A stretch of 64,000 bases of DNA from a virus (taxonomy: Duplodnaviria; Caudoviricetes). The notes below the pieces were generated by a model, which made no database searches, was not told the origin of the DNA, and saw only the letters and a program-made list of their open reading frames with translations. Position 1 is the stretch's first letter, and every line of letters starts with the position of its first letter. Location: positions 1 to 64,000 of IMG/VR virus record IMGVR_UViG_3300014695_000002; one strand, 5' to 3'. Of the stretch, positions 56,125 through 64,000 are shown one piece after another. The position numbers and the translations under genes are program-made.

Positions 56125-56816
56125 ATGAAACTGCTTTGTGATTTTGGAATCAATGACTTAAATTATTCTGTTTTAGAAAGAGAGATTATTTCGGGAAAGG
56201 TTCAAACAGAAAATATAAGGTCTTATTTGCGTGCCCCTTCTATCAAACGTGGCATGACATGATTCATAGGTGTTATTCTAATAAAATGACATCAAGAAGA
56301 ATGAGGTACTTAGGTTGTTCGGTTAATCTTGCTTGGTCGAGAGCAACAGAATTTAAAAAGTGGATGTTAGAAAATAATTGGAACGAATCCCTTAGACTTG
56401 ATAAAGATATTCTTTTCCCTGGAAATAAAGAGTATGGTCCAGATACTTGTGCATTAGTACCTCACTATGTGAACGCAAGCATTGTTCTGCCAGATAGCTC
56501 GGATTCGTTTTTGCCGTATGGAGTTACTTATCAGAGTGTATATAAAGACGATCCACGTCCTGCGATAAAAAGGTATCAAGTTAGATGTTGTACTGGAGGT
56601 CCTGATAGCTTTAGAAGACATCTAGGAAGTTTTTCTTGTTCGATGGAAGCTCATAAAGTTTGGCAATTAGCAAAGATAGAATCACTTGATAACACTTTAA
56701 GCCATTATTCTAAAGAATCTTGCTACAGAAAAGATGTTGTCGATGCAATAGAGTTCAGAATAGCTATGATACTAAGCGATCTAAACCTAGGTATTGAAAC
56801 TAAAAGTTTTAAATAG
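56125..56816 (+). pseudogene. putative homing endonuclease split by a -1 frameshift (pseudogene or programmed frameshift)
   Basis: Frame 0 MKLLCDFGINDLNY..ISGK stops at 56262; -1 frame GSNRKYKVLFACPFYQTWHDMIHRCYS..LDKDILFPGNKEYGPDTC; in-frame G_GGA_AAG at 56193-56199. Confidence 0.75.
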
Positions 56817-56828
56817 GTAGTTTTTGAG

Positions 56829-56916
56829 AGTCAATTACTTTTCCTGGTTGACTTTCCTCTAGTGCAGCGAGTCTCCTACCCATCGTCGTCATGGGTCTGC
56901 ACAGACGGCACTTTTT
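56829..56916 (+). ncRNA. structured 3' RNA segment with predicted pseudoknot
   Basis: GUGCAG/CUGCAC enclosing ACCCAU/AUGGGU; loop GUCGUC pairs with GACGGC. Confidence 0.45.
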
Positions 56917-56952
56917 CGAATGATATCCTAATAGATTTTATCTGAAAGAGTC

Positions 56953-56982
56953 TTGACAGAAATAGACTGCTCCTATTAGAAT
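56953..56982 (+). promoter_or_regulatory. sigma70-type promoter for glycosyltransferase pair
   Basis: TTGACA-N18-TAGAAT. Confidence 0.6.
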
Positions 56983-57005
56983 ACAAGTTTACATAGGAGA
57001 GAATA

Positions 57006-57965
57006 ATGTCTCAAGTTGAATTAATTCAGTATGGTGATTTGCTTGTAGAGCATCGTCCTACATCAGGTTGCTGGTTCCATCGTATTGGTACGAGTTTAGA
57101 AGCTTTTGGTGAAGATATCCCTAAGCCTAAAACTACAACCATATGGTTTAGTCGCCTATCAGCTATTCCGCTTGAAAAGCTTCGTGAATACAAAGCTAAC
57201 GGAATTAAGCTGATACATGATATGGATGACCATTTCATCTTGTCTTCAAACCATATTCTTAAAGACACTTACCGTCAGCAGAATATGCCAGAGCGCTTCA
57301 AAGCTTTGCTTGAGCTTGCAGATGTTGTCACTGTCACCAATAGCTATCTTGCGTCTGAGCTAAAGCCTTATGTGAATGGTGAAATTGTCGTAGTGCCAAA
57401 TGCCATCAAGTTTGATCAAGGTCAATTTTTTATCAACCAAGATTTTGAATCTGGTACACCTTTGACGTATGTAGGCGGAAACACGCACTTGCATGATTTG
57501 GAACTTATCCGTAAAGCCGTTCCTTTGAATGAGCTTACAATTGGTGGAGTTAACAAGGATTGCCAAGTCTGGGAAGAGGTTACAAAGCGATTTCGTGGAG
57601 TATCTACTAAACCCCAGGCTACGTTAGATAGTTACATGGGTTTGTATGAAGGTCATAAGATTGCACTAGCTCCACTTGAAAAGAACAATTTCAATGCTTG
57701 TAAAAGCAATCTGAAAGTCTTGGAAGCAGGAGCTAAAGGATTACCTATTGTATGCTCTCGTGTACACCCTTACCTCAATGATCTTGATAAAGATGTGGTA
57801 ATGTACGGGAACAGCGAGAATAGCTGGCGTAGCGCTGTACAGAAGCTTTTGAAAGATGATGAGTATCGTAAAGATAAAGGTCTTGAGCTTGCTGAGCATG
57901 TTCGTAAGCACTATCAGTTAGATGACGCCAACAAGATCAGACGGCAAATTATCGAGTCGCTATGA
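57006..57965 (+). CDS. GT-B fold glycosyltransferase (GT4-like)
   Basis: IHDMDD, VVTVTNSYL, VVPNAI, ALAPLEKNNFNACKSNLKVLEAGAKGLPIVCS. Confidence 0.85.
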   Translation: MSQVELIQYGDLLVEHRPTSGCWFHRIGTSLEAFGEDIPKPKTTTIWFSRLSAIPLEKLREYKANGIKLIHDMDDHFILSSNHILKDTYRQQNMPERFKALLELADVVTVTNSYLASELKPYVNGEIVVVPNAIKFDQGQFFINQDFESGTPLTYVGGNTHLHDLELIRKAVPLNELTIGGVNKDCQVWEEVTKRFRGVSTKPQATLDSYMGLYEGHKIALAPLEKNNFNACKSNLKVLEAGAKGLPIVCSRVHPYLNDLDKDVVMYGNSENSWRSAVQKLLKDDEYRKDKGLELAEHVRKHYQLDDANKIRRQIIESL

Positions 57966-58600
57966 GTAGGGTAGGCGTTGGAGTTATCACAGCAGGTAAG
58001 AGAAAGATTCAAGAGTATCATATTCAATCAGACAGACATGAAGTAGACTTCCATATTCAATTAGATGAGAAACTTGAAGGTCCGGCTAAGATGCGTAATA
58101 AATGCTTAGCTAAGTTTGCTGATTATGATTTCATCTTTCTCTTTGACGATGACACATATCCTATTCGTTCTGGCTGGATTGATTACACAATTGATCACCA
58201 CTTGAAATCTGGTTGTCATTGGTTTGGTATTCCTGACCCCTTCAGAGACGAAGTGTTAAAGGTAGAGGGTGAAGTTGCTTATTGGAACAACCTGATAGGC
58301 GCTTTCTCCTTCTACTCTAAGAGTCTTCTTGAAACCATTGGTGGATACAATACAGCTTACAACCGATATGGCTATGAAGACGCTGGTTATCAATGGCGCG
58401 TACACAGATCAGGATTGATTGGTAGTGAAGGTTTTCCTAGTCCTCTTAAGCTTATGACTTGGATTAAAGCTGAAGATGTTCTTCATTGCGTCACTCAGCA
58501 GAACATGAGTCAGGAAGAAAAGAATTGGTATATTGAACAAAATAGACCTATCTTTGAAAAAGAGATTAGTGAAAATCAATTATTTTACGAATTTCGATAG
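57962..58600 (+). CDS. GT-A fold glycosyltransferase (GT2-like)
   Basis: GPAKMRNKCL, FLFDDD (DxD), IGGYN..YGYED. Confidence 0.85.
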   Translation: MSRVGVGVITAGKRKIQEYHIQSDRHEVDFHIQLDEKLEGPAKMRNKCLAKFADYDFIFLFDDDTYPIRSGWIDYTIDHHLKSGCHWFGIPDPFRDEVLKVEGEVAYWNNLIGAFSFYSKSLLETIGGYNTAYNRYGYEDAGYQWRVHRSGLIGSEGFPSPLKLMTWIKAEDVLHCVTQQNMSQEEKNWYIEQNRPIFEKEISENQLFYEFR

Positions 58601-58618
58601 AAATCTGCTATTAGGGTA

Positions 58619-58647
58619 TTGACGTATAGCAACTTCACGCTTATAAT
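58619..58647 (+). promoter_or_regulatory. sigma70 promoter upstream of terL
   Basis: TTGACG-N17-TATAAT. Confidence 0.75.
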
Positions 58648-58728
58648 GGCTAAATGAATTCAGAGAAATTCAAAAAGTTAATAAGAAGGATTGATCTAAT
58701 AAAAAGCGAAATGCTGTTAATCCTTTTC

Positions 58729-58763
58729 CCGACTAACCTGTAAAGAAAGTTTAGTCGGTTTTT
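58729..58763 (+). terminator. terminator-like hairpin in terL leader
   Basis: CCGACTAA/TTAGTCGG then TTTTT, about 17 nt before the ATG. Confidence 0.55.
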
Positions 58764-58780
58764 ATTCTATAGGAGATGAC

Positions 58781-60265
58781 ATGAGCGAGGCTGTATCATT
58801 TGGCCCTGCTAGCGAAAAGCAGGCCATGTTCCTACAAAGCGAAGCTAAGATCGTTGTGTATGGTGGTGCAGCAGGAGCGGGTAAGTCTTACTGTGGTCTT
58901 CTACACCATCTTAAATATATTGACGATCCAAACTATCGCGGTTATGTAATTCGTAAGAACTCTACAATGCTTATGAAAGCAGGTGGTCTTTTTGACGAAG
59001 CCTGTTTGCTGTATAAAGCATTTGAACCTAAAGTTAGAGTGGGAACAAAGTCCCAGACGATTACCTTCCCTAGCGGTGCTGTAGTTGCATTCTCTCACTA
59101 TGAGGATGACAAAGCTGGCGATATGTATCAGGGTATTCAGATTTCATCTATTCTTTATGATGAATCGACACAAGCCTCTGAGAGTCATATCCTTTGGTTG
59201 CTATCACGTCTACGCTCTAAAGCTAAAATGGATGGTAATATCCGTTTGACTTGTAACCCAGCACCTTCATCATTCTTACGTAAGTGGATCGACTGGTATC
59301 TTTATCCTAAAGACCACCCTTTGTTTGGTCGTCCTGATCCTGAAAAGGATGGTAAGATTCGCTGGTTCATTCAACGTAACAACCAGATGATTTGGGGTGA
59401 TTCAAAAGAAGAGCTTATTGAAAAATACGGAGAAAAGGCAAAGCCTCTTTCCTTCCAGTTTATCAGTGCTCGAATTTATGACAACCCTCCGCTCATTGAA
59501 GCTAACCCTGATTACCTTACATTCCTTGAAAACCTTAAGCGTGTTGAAAAAGAACGCTTGCTAGAAGGTAACTGGGAAGCTCGTGAAGAGTCAAGTGGAT
59601 TCTTTAAACGTGAGTGGCTAGAACCTGAACTCATTAATTATCCTGAAGATCACGAGATTGAGAAGGTTGTCAGAGCATACGACCTAGCTGGTACTTTGGC
59701 CTCAGAAAGCAATCCCAATCCTGACTACACCGCTTCCGTTAAGATGGCAAAGCTTAAATCAGGCCAATATGTAATTCTTGATGTATGCAGACTGAGAGCA
59801 CGCTATGGTGATCTTATGGTGCATATCCTTAAGAATGCAGAGCAAGATGGTCATGGTGTGGATATTATCCTCCCGATTGAACCGGGTCAAGCTGGTAAAG
59901 CCGCTGCTCAGATGATGATTCGTCAGATTGCTGAACATGGCTATTATGCCAAAGGTAAAACAACCAACAGAAGTAAGCTTGAACGTTTCCGACCTTTTGC
60001 TGCTGCTGCCGAATCTGGCTCTGTCAAGATTGTAAAAGGCTGCGCTAATTGCTTGGAATCTGGTATTACAGCAGACAATGACTTCTTCTATAAAGAAATG
60101 GAAGACTTTGTTCCAAACAATAGAAATCAAAAAGATGATATGGTCGATGCCTGCGGTGATGCCTTCTTAATGTTAGCACAGAAAATAACAATTCCAAACT
60201 TCCTCCCCGGAATGGCAAGCTTCGGCTTTGAACAAGTAAAGAACCCATTAACCTCTATACGTTAA
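58781..60265 (+). CDS. terL: terminase large subunit
   Basis: Walker A GGAAGAGKS, YDE, TCNP, nuclease AYDLAG..DYTA..DDMVDA. Confidence 0.95.
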   Translation: MSEAVSFGPASEKQAMFLQSEAKIVVYGGAAGAGKSYCGLLHHLKYIDDPNYRGYVIRKNSTMLMKAGGLFDEACLLYKAFEPKVRVGTKSQTITFPSGAVVAFSHYEDDKAGDMYQGIQISSILYDESTQASESHILWLLSRLRSKAKMDGNIRLTCNPAPSSFLRKWIDWYLYPKDHPLFGRPDPEKDGKIRWFIQRNNQMIWGDSKEELIEKYGEKAKPLSFQFISARIYDNPPLIEANPDYLTFLENLKRVEKERLLEGNWEAREESSGFFKREWLEPELINYPEDHEIEKVVRAYDLAGTLASESNPNPDYTASVKMAKLKSGQYVILDVCRLRARYGDLMVHILKNAEQDGHGVDIILPIEPGQAGKAAAQMMIRQIAEHGYYAKGKTTNRSKLERFRPFAAAAESGSVKIVKGCANCLESGITADNDFFYKEMEDFVPNNRNQKDDMVDACGDAFLMLAQKITIPNFLPGMASFGFEQVKNPLTSIR

Positions 60266-60274
60266 GGAGCCTCT

Positions 60275-61744
60275 ATGGCTGATACAGAACAGGCTCCCCT
60301 GACTCAAGGGACTGAGGTTTCAATTCCCAGATTACGTCTTGGGGAAGTTGGTCAACCCGGTCTTACTGTCCTAGGTGGCAGTGTTCTTGAATCCTGTCAG
60401 TATGAACTTCAGTGGCCTCAATGCATTCACACATTTGACAAAATGCGTCGTGATGCAACTATCAGCAGCGCCATTCAACTTCTTGAAACTATGATATCCA
60501 AGGTTAAGTGGGAAGTTAAGATTGCCCACAATGCCTCAGATGATCTTAAACGTAAAAAGCAATACCTTGAAGAAGTTATCCAGGATATGGATTGCTCTCT
60601 TCTTGAAGTGATTAAAGAGATTAGCAGCTTTAATACTTACGGTTTCTGTGTGATGGAGAAGGTGTTTCGTCGCCGTCTTCGTTCACAAGGTTCCTACTAC
60701 AACGATGGTCTTGTAGGCATTAAGAAGATTACTCCTCGTGCTCAAGAGACTATTGCTAAGTGGGAGTACGACGATGATAATCGTGAGCTTACCGGGATTC
60801 GTCAGTGGTATCGTAAGAACAACGGTGCTGTAAACGAGTTTGAGATTGCTCCAGGCAAACTTATCCCTCGCGAGAAGTTCATGTTGTTCCGTACCAACGC
60901 AAGGCGCAACAATCCCACAGGTACAAGCCCTCTGGTTTACTGCTGGGAAAGTTGGAAATTTAAGAAAGCTCTTGAAGAGTCAGAAGCCGTAGGTGTTGCT
61001 AAAGACTTACGTGGTCTTCCAATTCTCACCATCCCTGCTCAATATATGGCTGAAGGTGCCTCTGAATCAGATAAGGCTACTTACGAATATCTCAAACGTG
61101 TTATTCGTAACGTACACCGAGACGAACAAGAAGGTCTTATTCTTCCTGGCGTATATGATGATGGTGGACATGAACTATTCAAGTTTGAACTGGCTGGTGT
61201 TACAGGTAGTAAGAGCTACAACGTTGGTGACATTATCAATCGTTACAGCAATGAAATCCTAATGTCATTCTTTGCTGATGTTCTTAAGCTTGGTCAAGGG
61301 GCTACTGGCTCTTACTCTCTTGCAGATTCTAAGACATCAATCATTGCCACTCGCATTGAAGCTGCTTTGATGGAGATTCAAGACCAGTTCAATAACGATC
61401 TTATCAAACAGCTTGCAGAACTTAATGGCTGGAATCCCGTTGATATGCCTAAGCTTGTCTATGGTGATATCGATGATCGGGATATCGACGTACTATCCTC
61501 TGCATTGCAACGTACCAAAGCTACTGGTCTTGTCGTCCCCTCTCCAAGGAACGTTAACTACATCGCTGAACAGCTTGGCCTGCCAGATCGCGTTGATGAA
61601 AATATGCCTCAAGAAGAACTTAGTGAACTTCTTGGTCAAATGACATCATCCAGCGGTGAAGGTATGGTTGAAGGTCTGAGTAATGGTACTGGAAGTTCAG
61701 ACGGATCATCTGGTGACAGTTCAACAAGTAATAAAGAAAACTAA
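60275..61744 (+). CDS. portal protein
   Basis: Follows terL; YGFCVMEKVF, NPTGTSPL, GLP..IP, GSYSLA. Confidence 0.85.
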   Translation: MADTEQAPLTQGTEVSIPRLRLGEVGQPGLTVLGGSVLESCQYELQWPQCIHTFDKMRRDATISSAIQLLETMISKVKWEVKIAHNASDDLKRKKQYLEEVIQDMDCSLLEVIKEISSFNTYGFCVMEKVFRRRLRSQGSYYNDGLVGIKKITPRAQETIAKWEYDDDNRELTGIRQWYRKNNGAVNEFEIAPGKLIPREKFMLFRTNARRNNPTGTSPLVYCWESWKFKKALEESEAVGVAKDLRGLPILTIPAQYMAEGASESDKATYEYLKRVIRNVHRDEQEGLILPGVYDDGGHELFKFELAGVTGSKSYNVGDIINRYSNEILMSFFADVLKLGQGATGSYSLADSKTSIIATRIEAALMEIQDQFNNDLIKQLAELNGWNPVDMPKLVYGDIDDRDIDVLSSALQRTKATGLVVPSPRNVNYIAEQLGLPDRVDENMPQEELSELLGQMTSSSGEGMVEGLSNGTGSSDGSSGDSSTSNKEN

Positions 61745-61753
61745 GGAGCCTTT

Positions 61754-63127
61754 ATGGCACATGCTCTAAGGCTTCTTACTCAGAAGCTATACAATCAGCC
61801 TCATCTAATGGAGGCTAAGAGCTTTGAAGCTATCATGAGCTACCTTGATCATCGTAACAGTGGTCAAGCAGTATTGCAAGATAGCGAAGATGAACGCTCT
61901 AACAAATCCCATCTAATGTACAACCCAGACACCAAAGTCGGAATGCTTTCGGTAGAAGGTCCCCTCACTTATAAGCCCGTTACTATGATGGGTTTTGATT
62001 GTGGTGGTGCTAACTATCAAGCAATGAAAGCTGACATGGATGCTCTTGCTGAACAGGGTATGAAAACTCTTGTTCTGAACGTAGATAGTGGTGGCGGTGA
62101 AGCTTACCAAGTATTTGAAACTGCACAATACATTCGTAATGTAGCAAATGCTAATGGTATTCAAATCCTATCCTATATTGATGGTATGAGTGCTTCTTCT
62201 GCTTATGCTCTAACTTCTATTTCTGATCAGATCATTGTTAATCCTCAAGCTGAAGTTGGCAGCATTGGTGTTGTCGTTCGTTTGATGAATGATTCCAAAG
62301 CGCTTGAGAAAGAAGGCTATGAACGTACTTTCGTCTATGCCGGTGGCAGTAAGGTGCCGTTTGCAAAAGACGGTAGTTTCCGCGAAGACTTTATCTCAGA
62401 TATTCAAAGTAAAGTAGATACGCTTTACGAAAGCTTTACTGAGTTTGTTGCAGAACATCGTGACATCTCAGTAGAAACTGTTAGATCGACTGAAGCTAAG
62501 ACTTTCTTGCCAAAAGAAGCACTGAGCCTAGGTCTAGCAGATGCTGTAATGACTCATGAAGAGTTTTACTCACATTTAGCAGACGTAGCTCAAAAAGAGA
62601 ATAACATGCTCAAACTTAAATCCAAGATGTTTAATATGTCGCAAGACAGTGTTAGTGAGGTTGAAATGAAAGAACTTGAACTAGCTAAAGAACAACTATC
62701 TGAAGTGCAAGCTCTGCTTTCAGCCAAAGATGTTGAACTTCAAGCTGCCCTAGAAGATGCTGTAACCCTTAAAGCTTCCTTTGATACTCAAGCTGCTGAG
62801 CTAGCTGGTATTAAAGAGCAACTAGCTGTATTCCAAGCCCAGAAAGAAGCTGCTGACCTTGCTGCCAAACAAGCTGTTGCTCAAGCCCGTCTTGACAAGC
62901 TAACTGCTGCTGTTGGTACTGAGAAGGCTGCTGAACTTTCTGCTAAGTTTGAAGGTGCTGACGATGCTCTATTTGAAGCAATGGTTGGTGCTCTAGAATT
63001 CGCCTCTGTTGGCGAAAAACAATCTGCCCTTTTCACTGAGATGGGTGCGGATACTAAGGTTGAGACTAATCCCTCTATGGAAGAAGCTCTCGCTGCTGCA
63101 ATCAAAAAACAATACAAAACTAAGTAA
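61754..63127 (+). CDS. S49 family prohead protease with C-terminal scaffold
   Basis: VDSGGG, ASSAY, GSIGVV, K; coiled-coil C-terminal third. Confidence 0.9.
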   Translation: MAHALRLLTQKLYNQPHLMEAKSFEAIMSYLDHRNSGQAVLQDSEDERSNKSHLMYNPDTKVGMLSVEGPLTYKPVTMMGFDCGGANYQAMKADMDALAEQGMKTLVLNVDSGGGEAYQVFETAQYIRNVANANGIQILSYIDGMSASSAYALTSISDQIIVNPQAEVGSIGVVVRLMNDSKALEKEGYERTFVYAGGSKVPFAKDGSFREDFISDIQSKVDTLYESFTEFVAEHRDISVETVRSTEAKTFLPKEALSLGLADAVMTHEEFYSHLADVAQKENNMLKLKSKMFNMSQDSVSEVEMKELELAKEQLSEVQALLSAKDVELQAALEDAVTLKASFDTQAAELAGIKEQLAVFQAQKEAADLAAKQAVAQARLDKLTAAVGTEKAAELSAKFEGADDALFEAMVGALEFASVGEKQSALFTEMGADTKVETNPSMEEALAAAIKKQYKTK

Positions 63128-63144
63128 TTCGAGGACTATATCTA

Positions 63145-63573
63145 ATGGCTATTCTTGACCTAACCTACCGCACCCTTGGCGACCTAGTTGTACATGAACT
63201 TGATCCCAGTGTTGGTTATGCTCGTAAGGTAATCACCCTAAACTTCGCTGCTGCTGGTGATGCTTCTGCTGTCGTAATGGGCACTGTAGTTGCTAAAGCT
63301 GCTGCTGATACCACCTACCACAAAGCTGTGGCTGCTGATCTAACCACCGCTGGCACCAAGTTTGGTGTTGTGTTCGGTGACCGTTTTAGCTGGAAGCCTT
63401 CTTTCGCTATGACTGCTGGTCAGAACGCACAAGCTGTTGCTTTCGTTCGTGATGAAGTCATTCTTTCTGACTACCTCATTAAGCAAGTTAACACCCAATT
63501 CAATGCTGCTCAGATTGAGACCCTGAAAGGTCTGCTTGAAGCGCAGGGCGTTCTAGTTGAGATCGCGTGCTAA
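63145..63573 (+). CDS. head decoration protein
   Basis: Between protease and capsid; MGTVV, Ala/Gly-rich beta pattern. Confidence 0.75.
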   Translation: MAILDLTYRTLGDLVVHELDPSVGYARKVITLNFAAAGDASAVVMGTVVAKAAADTTYHKAVAADLTTAGTKFGVVFGDRFSWKPSFAMTAGQNAQAVAFVRDEVILSDYLIKQVNTQFNAAQIETLKGLLEAQGVLVEIAC

Positions 63574-63613
63574 GCGCTTCTCTTAAAGTATATCAATCTG
63601 GAGTATAATTAAT

Positions 63614-64000
63614 ATGGCTATTGCTTTTCAACCCAACAACACTGGTCGCGTACTAGAACTTACTAACCAACTAGTCACCATCCCTAACCAGTGGGGTCTA
63701 ATCAACTCTATGGGCCTGTTCAATGAGCAGGGTGTTACCCAAGATACCGTTGCTGTCACTTCAATGACTGAAGTTGATGGCCTACCAATCGACCGTAACT
63801 GGGATGAACGTAACAGTACCATCAAGCCTCCCAGCCGTGGTGTTCTAACTTTCCCAATCCCTCACTTCCCTCTAGATACCGCTATTCTACCCCGTGATCT
63901 ACAGGGTATTATCTCTTGGGAAAACTTTGCTCAGAACCTAGACCTTGAAAGCGCTGCTTCTGTCCGTGCTCGCAAGATGGATGCTCTACGTCGTCGCTAT
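63614..64000 (+). CDS. major capsid protein (partial)
   Basis: MAIAFQPNN..ELTNQL..IPNQWGLINSMGLF..FPIPHFP..LQG; open to window end. Confidence 0.85.
   Translation, partial: MAIAFQPNNTGRVLELTNQLVTIPNQWGLINSMGLFNEQGVTQDTVAVTSMTEVDGLPIDRNWDERNSTIKPPSRGVLTFPIPHFPLDTAILPRDLQGIISWENFAQNLDLESAASVRARKMDALRRRY

Noticed and set aside
55970-56916. Classical group I intron around the endonuclease
   Set aside because: No convincing P7/R/S consensus or interrupted exons; kept only as an unclassified RNA candidate
49273-58781. Intact tRNA genes
   Set aside because: No complete cloverleaf found by eye; only partial remnants
2116-63825. Many track ORFs antisense to or out of frame with long genes (e.g. 2116, 2445, 3326, 5907, 8473, 10349, 14344, 17575, 39840, 49908, 51867, 54294, 59759, 62881, 63628)
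   Set aside because: These are shadow ORFs of well-supported genes, with no RBS or recognisable motifs
1-64000. Temperate lifestyle, lysis cassette, or a modified-base pathway such as purZ or queuosine genes
   Set aside because: No integrase, repressor, recognisable endolysin or such enzymes in this window; they may lie outside it

Overview
This window is about 64 kb of an AT-rich, lytic-type tailed dsDNA phage genome. No integrase, repressor or intact tRNA was seen. There are four transcription blocks. (1) 1-20735, minus strand: replication and nucleotide metabolism (primase-helicase, family A DNA polymerase, SSB-like protein, 5'-3' exonuclease, thyX, nrdB, nrdA) plus a YadA-type trimeric autotransporter. 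(2) 21390-32391, plus strand: small early-type genes behind repeated sigma70 promoters, including a denV fusion, a deaminase and a RepL-like protein. (3) 32713-47402, minus strand: small genes, dCMP deaminase, ClpP-like protease and phoH. (4) 47963-64000, plus strand: putative terS, terL, portal, S49 protease, decoration protein and the start of the major capsid protein. The gene order recalls PAK_P1/JG004-like Pseudomonas myoviruses, which is inference from memory rather than a search. Four things stand out. First, a roughly 9.5 kb glycan module sits between terS and terL: GH5 glycanase, SGNH esterase, fibre-repeat proteins sharing an N-terminal motif, a DUF1328 membrane protein and two glycosyltransferases. 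Second, two related endonuclease genes are both split by a -1 frameshift at slippery heptamers (G_GGA_AAG and G_GUU_UUU), and one of them lies between structured RNA segments that can pair across the ORF. Third, long G-U-rich structured non-coding RNAs sit at both divergent promoter junctions. Fourth, the YadA-like gene has its own promoter and terminator. All family names come from motif recognition by eye, and all RNA folds were done by hand.
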